Shown: piece by piece, positions 41,597 to 50,839 of the stretch
How the letters are laid out: each line of letters begins with the position of its first letter
Position numbering within the stretch: the first letter of the stretch is position 1
The notes under the pieces: model-generated
Databases searched by the model: none
The model's input: the letters and a program-made list of their open reading frames with translations, nothing else
Told to the model about the DNA's origin: nothing
Program-made: the position numbers and the translations under genes
Source: Flavobacterium sp.
Lineage (GTDB): Bacteria > Bacteroidota > Bacteroidia > Flavobacteriales > Flavobacteriaceae
Assembly (NCBI GenBank): GCA_029866065.1
Contig: JARXAC010000026.1
Span: 7,250 to 71,249 of the forward strand
Direction of reading: 5' to 3'
DNA length: 64,000 bases

Positions 41597-41707
41597 TTAA
41601 TCTCTTTTAGGACTGTTTTTCTTTTCTCTTTTCTCCTCTTTCTTTTCCTTAGCGGTTTTCAAAGGTTCCTTTTTTTGTGTTTTTTTTGCGTCTTGACTCT
41701 TTGCCAT
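41597..41707 (-). CDS. Small Lys/Glu-rich basic protein (36 aa), not in the ORF track
   Basis: MAKSQDAKKTQKKEPLKTAKEKKEEKREKKNSPKRD*; upstream -7-like TATCTTTA, downstream terminator. Confidence 0.75.
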   Translation of the reverse strand: MAKSQDAKKTQKKEPLKTAKEKKEEKREKKNSPKRD

Positions 41708-41786
41708 GATATTAAGTTTTAATTGTTAATGTCAAATTTATACAAGTAAAGATAAAAAAATATTTTTATTGGTAGTACTAATTTAT

Positions 41787-41824
41787 AAAAAATGCTCCAA
41801 CTGCAATAGTAATTAGAGCATTTT
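41787..41824 (-). terminator. secA terminator
   Basis: AAAATGCTC...GAGCATTTTTT on the minus strand. Confidence 0.65.
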
Positions 41825-41840
41825 CCCATATAATTAAAAT

Positions 41841-44800
41841 CTAATTAACTAGTACCCATGCACCTGAAGCTATTAAACTTTCGGCTTTTTTAAATTTCAT
41901 TTCTTGCGTTTGTCCGTTGGCTACATTTTGAATAGTAACCGTGTCATTTCGATTGATTTTTGGCATTTCACGAACTATAGTTTCAGTGATTTGTCGTTGC
42001 TGCGTTTCTCCAGCTTCCCGATTAGCACTTTCACTACTTACAATTTCTTCTTTACTTATTTTGTAATTTTCTTTTTTACGAACTTCTTTAGCTTCTTGAA
42101 TTCTAGGCGCATTCTGTTGTGGTAAATCGCCTTTAAATAAGAATGAAATAACTTCTTTGTTTACGCCATTAATCATATTACTGAATAAATTAAACGCTTC
42201 AAATTTGTATATTAATAATGGATCTTTTTGCTCATGAACTGCCAACTGAACCGATTGTTTCAATTCGTCCATTTTACGCAAGTGCTTTTTCCATGCTTCA
42301 TCCACAATTGCCAACGTGATGTTTTTTTCGAAATCAGCAACCAATTGTTTTCCTTGAGTTTCGTAGGCACGTTTTAAATCAGTAATTACTTCTAATGATT
42401 TAATTCCGTCAGAAAATGGAATTACAATACGCTCAAAATGATTGGTTTTGTCCTCAAAAACATTTTTGATTATTGGATAGGCTTCTCTAGCACTTCTTTC
42501 TACTTTTTCATTATAATATACTTGAGTAGCTTTGTAGGTTTTTCCTGTCAATTCAATATCGGTCATTTTCAAGAAATCACTTTCGGAAACTGGCGATGTA
42601 ATGGAGAAATAACGAATCAATTCAAACTCGTAATTTTTAAAATCACCTGCCATTTTATTATTATTCACAATTAATTCGCAAGTGTCATACATCATATTGG
42701 CAATATCCAATTTCAAACGCTCGCCAAATAACGCGTGACGACGACGTTTGTAAACTACTTCACGTTGTGCATTCATAACGTCATCATATTCTAACAAACG
42801 CTTACGAACCCCAAAATTGTTTTCTTCAACTTTTTTCTGAGCTCTTTCTATAGATTTGGTCATCATAGAATGCTGAATTACTTCGCCTTCTTTCAATCCC
42901 ATTCTGTCCATTACTTTTGCAACACGCTCTGAACCAAATAAACGCATCAAGTTGTCTTCAAGCGACACATAAAATTGTGAACTTCCTGGATCACCTTGAC
43001 GACCAGCACGACCTCTTAACTGGCGGTCCACACGACGTGAATCGTGGCGTTCTGTTCCCACAATTGCTAATCCTCCAGCCGCTTTTACCTCAGCCGATAA
43101 TTTAATATCCGTTCCACGACCAGCCATATTGGTTGCAATGGTAACCACGCCAGCTTTACCCGCTTCTTCAACAATTTGGGCTTCTTGCTTGTGCATTTTT
43201 GCATTCAATACGTTATGAGTTACTCCACGCATTTTCAACATTCTACTCAACAATTCCGAAATTTCTACAGATGTTGTTCCAATTAATACTGGTCTTCCCG
43301 CTGCCGATAATTCAGTTACATCCTCAATAACAGCATTGAATTTTTCACGAGTCGTTTTATAAATTAAATCTTCTTTATCGTGTCTTGACATTGGACGATT
43401 CGTTGGAATTTCTACTACATCTAATTTATAAATTTCCCAAAGTTCACCAGCTTCAGTTACCGCAGTACCAGTCATACCGGCTAGCTTACTGTACATTCTG
43501 AAGTAATTCTGTAAAGTTACCGTTGCAAATGTTTGCGTTGCAGCTTCAATTTTTACGTTTTCTTTGGCTTCAATTGCTTGGTGCAAACCATCAGAATAAC
43601 GACGTCCGTCCATGATACGACCCGTTTGCTCATCTACGATCATGATCTTATTATCCATGATTACATATTCTACATCTTTTTCAAATAATGAATAGGCTTT
43701 TAGCAATTGAGTTAAGGTATGAATTCTTTCGCTTTTAATACTGAAATCTTGAAACAACATTTCTTTTGCTTCTGCTTCAGCATCTTTATCTAAATTTTGT
43801 CTTTCAATTGCTGCTATCTCTGTTCCAATATCTGGAAGAATAAAGAAAGAGCTATCGGTATCTTTAGATAAAAATTTAATTCCATTGTCAGATAATTCTA
43901 CCTGATTATTTTTCTCTTCGATTACAAAATACAAGGCTTCATCCACTAGGTGCATGTCTCTTTTGTTGTCTTGTAAATATTGATTTTCTGTTTTTTGAAG
44001 TAATTGTTTTACGCCTTCCTCACTTAAAAACTTAATTAAAGCTTTGTTTTTAGGTAAACTACGGTAAGAACGCAATAGGTTAAATCCACCGTCTTTAGTG
44101 TTTCCTTCCTTGATTAATCGTTTTGCTTCCGTTAAAAAACCATTTGCCAATTGTTTTTGTAGGTTTACTAAATTTTCAATTTTTGGTTTCAACTCGTTAA
44201 ACTCATGACGGTCTCCTTGAGGAACAGGACCTGAAATAATCAAAGGAGTTCTTGCATCATCAATTAAAACAGAATCGACCTCATCTACAATGGCAAAGTT
44301 GTGCTTTCTTTGAACTAATTCAGCTGGAGAATGCGCCATATTATCTCTCAAATAATCAAAACCAAATTCGTTATTTGTACCATAAGTGATATCTGCTTCG
44401 TAGGCTTTTCTTCTTTCGTCAGAATTAGGTTGGTGGTTGTCGATACAATCAACTGTCAAACCATGGAATTCAAATAACGGTGCCTTCCACGTACTATCTC
44501 TTTTTGCTAAATAATCATTCACAGTTACTAAATGCACGCCGTTTCCAGTTAATGCATTTAAATACAAAGGCAAGGTTGCCACCAATGTTTTTCCTTCACC
44601 CGTTTGCATCTCAGCTACTTTTCCACCGTGAAGCACCATTCCACCAATCAACTGAACATCATAGTGAACCATGTCCCAAGTGATTTGCTTTCCAGCCGCA
44701 CTCCAAGAATTTGCCCAAACGGCATGATCGCCTTCCAATGTAATGTAGGTTTTTGTTGAAGAAAGTTCCCTGTCCTTAGCAGTAGCAGTAACTTTTACGG

Positions 44801-45182
44801 AGGTATTTTCTTTAAAACGTTTGGCAGTTTCTTTAATAACCGCAAATGCTTCAGGAAGAATATCATTTAAAGTTTTTTCGGAAATATCGTAAGCTTCTTT
44901 TTCTAAAGCATCGATTTCTAAATATAAATCTTCTCTTTTATCAATATCTTCTATAGTTTCAACTTCGGCTTGAAGTGAAGCAATTTTTAAATCTTTATCA
45001 GATCGCGCTTGTTTGATAAGCTCTTTAAAGTAAGTTGTTTTAGCTCTCAATTCGTCGTGTGACAATGATTCTAAGGCACTTTCAAATGATTTAACTTTTG
45101 TGATATTTCCTTGTAATGCATTTACATCTTTTTGAGATTTATCGCCTACAAAGACTTTTAATATGCTGTTTATGAAACTCAT
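41841..45182 (-). CDS. secA: Preprotein translocase subunit SecA
   Basis: EMQTGEGKT, VTVNDYLA, DEVDSVLIDDARTPL, ATNMAGRGTDI and QLRGRAGRQGDPG. Confidence 0.98.
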   Translation of the reverse strand: MSFINSILKVFVGDKSQKDVNALQGNITKVKSFESALESLSHDELRAKTTYFKELIKQARSDKDLKIASLQAEVETIEDIDKREDLYLEIDALEKEAYDISEKTLNDILPEAFAVIKETAKRFKENTSVKVTATAKDRELSSTKTYITLEGDHAVWANSWSAAGKQITWDMVHYDVQLIGGMVLHGGKVAEMQTGEGKTLVATLPLYLNALTGNGVHLVTVNDYLAKRDSTWKAPLFEFHGLTVDCIDNHQPNSDERRKAYEADITYGTNNEFGFDYLRDNMAHSPAELVQRKHNFAIVDEVDSVLIDDARTPLIISGPVPQGDRHEFNELKPKIENLVNLQKQLANGFLTEAKRLIKEGNTKDGGFNLLRSYRSLPKNKALIKFLSEEGVKQLLQKTENQYLQDNKRDMHLVDEALYFVIEEKNNQVELSDNGIKFLSKDTDSSFFILPDIGTEIAAIERQNLDKDAEAEAKEMLFQDFSIKSERIHTLTQLLKAYSLFEKDVEYVIMDNKIMIVDEQTGRIMDGRRYSDGLHQAIEAKENVKIEAATQTFATVTLQNYFRMYSKLAGMTGTAVTEAGELWEIYKLDVVEIPTNRPMSRHDKEDLIYKTTREKFNAVIEDVTELSAAGRPVLIGTTSVEISELLSRMLKMRGVTHNVLNAKMHKQEAQIVEEAGKAGVVTIATNMAGRGTDIKLSAEVKAAGGLAIVGTERHDSRRVDRQLRGRAGRQGDPGSSQFYVSLEDNLMRLFGSERVAKVMDRMGLKEGEVIQHSMMTKSIERAQKKVEENNFGVRKRLLEYDDVMNAQREVVYKRRRHALFGERLKLDIANMMYDTCELIVNNNKMAGDFKNYEFELIRYFSITSPVSESDFLKMTDIELTGKTYKATQVYYNEKVERSAREAYPIIKNVFEDKTNHFERIVIPFSDGIKSLEVITDLKRAYETQGKQLVADFEKNITLAIVDEAWKKHLRKMDELKQSVQLAVHEQKDPLLIYKFEAFNLFSNMINGVNKEVISFLFKGDLPQQNAPRIQEAKEVRKKENYKISKEEIVSSESANREAGETQQRQITETIVREMPKINRNDTVTIQNVANGQTQEMKFKKAESLIASGAWVLVN

Positions 45183-45227
45183 AATGTGATTTCTATTTGT
45201 ATTTATAATAGATGTGCAAATTTAACC

Positions 45228-45254
45228 AAAAAAAAAGCCTCGTTGGAGACTTTT
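45228..45254 (-). terminator. Terminator after DUF2795, followed by the secA -7 box TAAATTTG
   Basis: AAAAGTCTC-CAAC-GAGGCTTTTTTTTT on the minus strand. Confidence 0.75.
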
Positions 45255-45273
45255 CATTGGTTTTAATATTTTT

Positions 45274-45495
45274 TTAATATTCATCCTCGTTCCAAAGATA
45301 ATCTTCGTCCGTTGGATAATCAGGCCAAATTTCTTCCATTGATTCATAAATCTCTCCTTCATCCTCTATAGATTGTAGGTTCTCCACTACTTCAAGTGGC
45401 GCACCAGCTCTAATAGCGTAGTCAATAAGTTCGTCTTTGGTCGCAGGCCACGGCGCATCACTTAAATAGGATGCTAATTCTAATGTCCAATACAT
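45274..45495 (-). CDS. DUF2795 domain protein
   Basis: MYWTLELASYLSDAPWPATKDELIDYA; acidic C-terminus. Confidence 0.9.
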   Translation of the reverse strand: MYWTLELASYLSDAPWPATKDELIDYAIRAGAPLEVVENLQSIEDEGEIYESMEEIWPDYPTDEDYLWNEDEY

Positions 45496-45659
45496 TTTTA
45501 CTTATTTTTAGTTTATGCAAAAATAATTTTTTTACTTAAAAAGTCAAGTAAAATTCCATTTATTTTACAAAATAGTTAAGAACGTGATTAATTTTGCTTG
45601 AATATTGATTACAATCAATTGATTATCAATATTTTAATTAAATATTTTTTTTTCAGAAA

Positions 45660-46229
45660 TTACTTTCTTGGTATCCATTTAACTTCAACAGCTTTTAGGT
45701 CACAACTCAACTTCCGTGCCAACACAAAAAGGTAGTCAGAAAGACGGTTTAAGTACTTAATTGTGTTTTCATCTACCGGTTCATTATGGTCTAAATGTAC
45801 TGCTAATCGTTCGGCACGACGACAAACACATCTAGCAATGTGACAATATGACACTGTTGTATGTCCTCCAGGTAAAATAAAATGAGTCATTGGCGGAAGT
45901 AATTCTTCCATGGTGTCAATTTCTTTTTCTAAAAATTCAATATCGCTTTCTATGATTCCCAGATTTTTCAATCTCAATTCCCCATTTTTTTTAACTGCTT
46001 TTTCAGGCGGTGTTGCTAGAATTGCCCCAACGGTAAATAAACGATCTTGAACTTCAATCAAAACTTCCTTGTAATGAGAATCCATTTCTTGATCGCGAAG
46101 TAAACCTATATGTGAATTCAATTCGTCAACAGTTCCGTAACTCTCTATTCTAATATGGTCTTTCGGAACTCTTGTACCTCCAAAAAGTGCCGTAGTTCCT
46201 GTATCTCCTGTTTTAGTATAAATCTTCAT
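45660..46229 (-). CDS. PduO-type cob(I)alamin adenosyltransferase (start revised from 46268)
   Basis: KIYTKTGDTGTT, YGTVDELNS, ARCVCRRAER and YLNRLSDYLF. Confidence 0.93.
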   Translation of the reverse strand: MKIYTKTGDTGTTALFGGTRVPKDHIRIESYGTVDELNSHIGLLRDQEMDSHYKEVLIEVQDRLFTVGAILATPPEKAVKKNGELRLKNLGIIESDIEFLEKEIDTMEELLPPMTHFILPGGHTTVSYCHIARCVCRRAERLAVHLDHNEPVDENTIKYLNRLSDYLFVLARKLSCDLKAVEVKWIPRK

Positions 46230-46239
46230 TTTAACGATT

Positions 46240-46932
46240 TTAGTTTTTGTTATTGGTGTCGCTTTCAATTAATCCATCACGCAAACGGATCACTCTGTGC
46301 GCATAAGCAGCTACTTCTTCCTCGTGAGTAACAACAATTACCGTATTTCCTAATTTATGTATGTCACCAAATAATTTCATGATTTCTTCGGATGTTTTAC
46401 TATCTAAATTTCCTGTTGGTTCATCCGCAAGAATAATTGAAGGTTTGTTTACCAATGCTCTCGCTACAGCAACACGCTGACGTTGTCCCCCGGAAAGTTG
46501 GTTGGGTTGGTGGTCCATTCTATCGGCTAATCCCACTTGTTTCAAAACTTCTTCAGCTCTAATAATTCGGTCAGATTTTGAATATCCAGCGTAAATCATT
46601 GGTAAAGCCACATTATCTAAAGCGGTTGTTCGCGGTAAAAGATTGAAAGTTTGAAATACAAAACCAATTTCCTTATTACGAATTTCAGCTAGTTCATCAT
46701 CATGCATTTTACTAACGTCTTTTCCATTCAAAATATAACTTCCAGATGTAGGCGTGTCTAAACATCCTAAAAGATTCATCAAAGTAGATTTTCCAGAACC
46801 TGAAGGCCCCATTAATGCTACGTATTCTCCTTTATTTATTTCTAAATCAATTCCTTTTAGAACGTATACAATTTCGTTGCCCAGAACAAAATCTCTTTTA
46901 ATATTAGTAATTTGAATTAGTGGATTTGCCAT
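46240..46932 (-). CDS. ABC transporter ATP-binding protein (LolD/MacB-like)
   Basis: [28 protein letters not shown] and VVTH. Confidence 0.93.
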   Translation of the reverse strand: MANPLIQITNIKRDFVLGNEIVYVLKGIDLEINKGEYVALMGPSGSGKSTLMNLLGCLDTPTSGSYILNGKDVSKMHDDELAEIRNKEIGFVFQTFNLLPRTTALDNVALPMIYAGYSKSDRIIRAEEVLKQVGLADRMDHQPNQLSGGQRQRVAVARALVNKPSIILADEPTGNLDSKTSEEIMKLFGDIHKLGNTVIVVTHEEEVAAYAHRVIRLRDGLIESDTNNKN

Positions 46933-47043
46933 TTTTATTTGGAATTCAATTGGTGTTAGTTTTCTTAATTTTATTTTAGGCTTTAAAAGTACAAAAAGGA
47001 AGTAACGAATTCCTAATTACTAGTCTTTTTTTAACGTTTTGGT

Positions 47044-47538
47044 TTAAGTTCGAATAGTGAAATGTTCCTTTACTTGTTCTTTTCTAATAAATGCGAATCC
47101 AAATGTATAGGTATCAATGGTAACATTAAAATTAGGATTTGTAACCACTGATTCCCATTTTTTTTCAGTTTTGATTGAATAATGTGGATTCTCAAAAATC
47201 AGACAAGTTTCATTATTTGCTAAAGCAATAATTGACTTTAAATCAAAATTATTTTCATATAAATAAATGGAATCAATAAAAATAAAATCAACTTTTGAAG
47301 GAGGAGTTTTTTTGTTTTCCGAAATATAAATTCCATCTTGAAATTGGAAATAATAGAATAATCGGTTTAAAAATTTTCCTTTTTTTGTCTTTGTTTCCAT
47401 ATTTGGAAAATAAGGTTCCAAATTTGCTTTATCATAAAAGCATTTGGTAACCAATAAAAAAACGAATGGCGAATGAACCCCATGTTCGTTTTTGGAATCC
47501 CATAGAAATTTTAAATAAGATTTTACAAGTTGTATCAC
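47044..47538 (-). CDS. Shortened, degenerate O-methyltransferase-like protein (probable GTG start at 47538)
   Basis: N-terminal KSYLKFLW..KNEHGVHSPFVF and C-terminal VTIDTYTFGF..RKEQ.KEHF resemble a Flavobacterium class I methyltransferase family; no glycine-rich SAM motif is visible. Confidence 0.65.
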   Translation of the reverse strand: MIQLVKSYLKFLWDSKNEHGVHSPFVFLLVTKCFYDKANLEPYFPNMETKTKKGKFLNRLFYYFQFQDGIYISENKKTPPSKVDFIFIDSIYLYENNFDLKSIIALANNETCLIFENPHYSIKTEKKWESVVTNPNFNVTIDTYTFGFAFIRKEQVKEHFTIRT

Positions 47539-47574
47539 AAAGTCGCACAAAGTTTGTCACAAAGTTACACAAAG
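47536..47574 (+). repeat. CACAAAG x4 repeat overlapping the start of the methyltransferase-like gene
   Basis: CACAAAGTCG-CACAAAGTTTGT-CACAAAGTTA-CACAAAG. Confidence 0.85.
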
Positions 47575-47641
47575 AATTACAACTAAAATGTAGTGAATCT
47601 TAGTGTATTCAATTTGTAAATTTTCGTGAAATATTAAAAAA

Positions 47642-49504
47642 TTACCCTCCCATTTTACTTGAAAGTTCAAACCATCGTTCCTCTTTTGTTTCTATTTTAT
47701 TGATGATATTTTTCAATTCATTTGCCTTTTTCTCAATATCATTTTCATCCATTTTTTCATCTGAGAATAATTGCTCAATTTTGGCTTTATCCAATTCTAA
47801 ATCCTTGATTTCTCTTTCAATTTTCTGAAATTCTTTCTGCTCGTTGAAAGTTAGATTTCCACTTGGATTGTTTTGTTTCCAATCTTTCTTCTCCGTTTTA
47901 TTATCTTCTTTTTGAGCTACATCTACACTGTCTTCATACGCTCTAAAATCGGAGTAATTCCCAGGGAAATTTTCTATTTCCCCTTGACCTCTGAAAACAA
48001 ATAAATTATCAACGATTTTATCCATAAAATATCGGTCGTGAGAAACCACCAACAAGCAACCAGGATAATCCAAAAGGAAGCTTTCCAAAACATTCAACGT
48101 CACAATATCCAAATCGTTCGTCGGCTCATCAAGAATTAAAAAGTTAGGGTTCTGAATTAAAACCGTACATAAATACAAACGTTTCAGTTCGCCACCACTT
48201 AATTTTTCAACGTAATCGTATTGTTTTTTGCTGTCAAATAAAAACCGCTCCAATAATTGCGAAGCCGAAATAATTTTCCCTTTCGTCAACGGAATGTATT
48301 CGCCATATTCCTTAATCACATCAATCACTCGCTGCCCTGGTTTTGGATTGATACCACTTTGCGTGTAATACCCAATTTTTATCGTTTCACCCACAACCAC
48401 TTTTCCACTATCCAGAGGAAGAGTTCCAGTCAGCAAGTTCAAAAAAGTAGATTTACCAGTTCCATTTTTACCAATAATTCCTATGCGTTCCCCTCGTTGA
48501 AAATCAAAATTGAAATTATCCAAAATCACGTGATCCTTGAATTTCTTGGAAATTTTGTGAAGCTCAATAATCTTGCTTCCCATACGTTCCATATTAATTT
48601 CCAATTCTACCACATTTTCCCGACGTCGACTTTGTGCTTTTTCCTTAATAACATAAAAATCATCCTGACGCGATTTCGATTTGGTAGTTCTTGCCTTTGG
48701 TTGGCGACGCATCCATTCCAATTCTTTTACAAACAAGTTTTGCGCCTTGTCCACACTCGAATTTTCCGATGCAATTCGCTCTTCTTTTTTCTCTAAATAA
48801 TAAGAATAATTCCCTTTGTATTGGTATATTTTTCCGTTGTCCAATTCTATGATTTCATTGCAAACGCGTTCTAAAAAGAAACGGTCGTGCGTCACCATAA
48901 ACAACGTAATATTTTCTTTGGAAAAATAACTTTCTAACCACTCAATCATCTCTAAGTCCAAGTGATTGGTAGGCTCGTCAAGGATTAATAAGTCAGGACG
49001 ATTGATTAAAATAATCGCTAACGACAACCTTTTTTTCTGTCCACCTGAAAGATTTTTGACTTTCAATTTAAAATCTTCCAATTTCAATTTGAACAATATT
49101 TGCTTGTATTGGGTTTCAAAATCCCATGCATTATGTTGGTCCATTCCGTCAAATGCTTTTTGATACGCCTCTTCGTCTTCAGGATTTTCTAGTGCCTTTT
49201 CATAAGCTTCAATCACCTTTAAACTCTCATTATCAGAGGCGAAAATGCTCTCTTCTATGGTCAATTCTTCTTGCAATTTATTGTCTTGCGATAAAAATGC
49301 CATTCTAATACTCTTTCTAAGCACAACTTGCCCAGTATCTGGTTCGTCAAAACCATTGATAATATTCATAATGGTTGTTTTTCCCGAACCATTTTTGGCT
49401 ATGAAGGCAATTTTTTGGTCTTTATTAATACCAAAAGAGATGTTTTCAAAAAGTGTTTTTTCTCCAAATGATTTAGAGATATTTTCAACAGATAAATAAT
49501 TCAC
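47642..49504 (-). CDS. ABC-F family ATPase (Uup-like; probable GTG start at 49504)
   Basis: Two ABC cassettes (AKNGSGKTT/LSGGQKKR/DEPTNH and GKNGTGKST/LSGGELKR/DEPTND), C-terminal coiled coil; -7 box TACTTTTG lies upstream of the GTG. Confidence 0.93.
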   Translation of the reverse strand: MNYLSVENISKSFGEKTLFENISFGINKDQKIAFIAKNGSGKTTIMNIINGFDEPDTGQVVLRKSIRMAFLSQDNKLQEELTIEESIFASDNESLKVIEAYEKALENPEDEEAYQKAFDGMDQHNAWDFETQYKQILFKLKLEDFKLKVKNLSGGQKKRLSLAIILINRPDLLILDEPTNHLDLEMIEWLESYFSKENITLFMVTHDRFFLERVCNEIIELDNGKIYQYKGNYSYYLEKKEERIASENSSVDKAQNLFVKELEWMRRQPKARTTKSKSRQDDFYVIKEKAQSRRRENVVELEINMERMGSKIIELHKISKKFKDHVILDNFNFDFQRGERIGIIGKNGTGKSTFLNLLTGTLPLDSGKVVVGETIKIGYYTQSGINPKPGQRVIDVIKEYGEYIPLTKGKIISASQLLERFLFDSKKQYDYVEKLSGGELKRLYLCTVLIQNPNFLILDEPTNDLDIVTLNVLESFLLDYPGCLLVVSHDRYFMDKIVDNLFVFRGQGEIENFPGNYSDFRAYEDSVDVAQKEDNKTEKKDWKQNNPSGNLTFNEQKEFQKIEREIKDLELDKAKIEQLFSDEKMDENDIEKKANELKNIINKIETKEERWFELSSKMGG

Positions 49505-49596
49505 AAGAGTAATTTTTTTGCAAAAGTAAGCTATTGTGTTGAAACTTGTTGCTCTTAAACTTTGCAACTTTACAACTTAAAATATATCTTTGAAAA

Positions 49597-50757
49597 ATGC
49601 AATTATCAGTTATCATTCTTAATTATAATGTTCGCTTCTTTTTAGAGCAATGTGTTGCAAGTGTTCAAGAGGCGCTTACCAACATTGATAGCGAAATTAT
49701 TGTTGTCGATAATAATTCCTCAGATGATAGCTGCGAAATGATTAAAATGCGTTTTCCAAACGTAAATCTCATTTTAAATAATTCTAATCTAGGATTTCCA
49801 AAAGGCAATAACATAGGAGTGGCTGTTGCCAATGGCGATTACATTTGTATATTGAATCCGGATACTGTAGTTGCAGCAGATACCTTTGAAAAAATTCTCG
49901 CATTTGCTGAAAAGCAAGAAAATCTTGGAATAGTTGGGTGCAAATTGATAGACGGTTCAGGTAATTTTTTACCAGAAAGTAAGCGGGGTATTCCAACTCC
50001 TTTTGTGGCGTTAACCAAAATTTTCGGTCTCTATAAATTATTTCCAAATTGGGGACTTTTCAATCGGTATTATGCACAACATTTGTCTGAAAATGAAACT
50101 GGAAAAGCGGCTATTCTAGTGGGTGCTTTTATGGTAATGAAGCGCGATTTGTATAATGAAATAGGTGGTTTTGATGAAAATTGCTTTATGTATTCTGACG
50201 ATATCGATTTGTCTTACATGGCCTTGAAAAGCGGAAAATTGAATTATTATTTCCATGAAACATCTGTAATTCATTATAAAGGAGAAAGTACCGTAAAAGA
50301 CGGATTGTACATGAAGCGATTCCGGGAAGCGATGCAGTTTTTTTATAATAAACACTATAAAAACGCTGTAGAATTTGTTTTTTTTATAGAAATTGGGGCT
50401 TTATTTTTTGCTTTGGTTAAAAAAAAGCAAGGAAATGTTAAGCCGATTGAAGTTGATGACTATATTTTGATTTCAGAGGATGAAAATTTGAAGAATAAAT
50501 TGGAGAATCAATTGAATAAAAAACTAATTTGGGAAACTAAATTAGATTCAAATGCCTTATTTTCGCATAGAAATAAAAGTTTAAAACAAACAGAGATTCT
50601 AATAGACAATGCTTCTTTTTCATTTAAAACGATTATTTCCTTTTTAGAAACACATAAAAACCAAGGTTTTACTTTTAAAATTATTCCTAAAAACACCTTA
50701 TTTATGTTAGGAAGTAACAATAGCAACGACAAAGGAATAGTTGTAAAAATTGATTAA
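49597..50757 (+). CDS. GT2 glycosyltransferase
   Basis: SVIILNYN, VDNNSSD, GFPKGNN, LNPD, GGFDE and YSDDID. Confidence 0.92.
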   Translation: MQLSVIILNYNVRFFLEQCVASVQEALTNIDSEIIVVDNNSSDDSCEMIKMRFPNVNLILNNSNLGFPKGNNIGVAVANGDYICILNPDTVVAADTFEKILAFAEKQENLGIVGCKLIDGSGNFLPESKRGIPTPFVALTKIFGLYKLFPNWGLFNRYYAQHLSENETGKAAILVGAFMVMKRDLYNEIGGFDENCFMYSDDIDLSYMALKSGKLNYYFHETSVIHYKGESTVKDGLYMKRFREAMQFFYNKHYKNAVEFVFFIEIGALFFALVKKKQGNVKPIEVDDYILISEDENLKNKLENQLNKKLIWETKLDSNALFSHRNKSLKQTEILIDNASFSFKTIISFLETHKNQGFTFKIIPKNTLFMLGSNNSNDKGIVVKID

Positions 50758-50839
50758 AATTTCATATTGCGCAGTAATTATTCATATTAATTAGTAATTT
50801 TGCAAAACGAATACACAAAAACAACTTTAGTTTAAGAAT

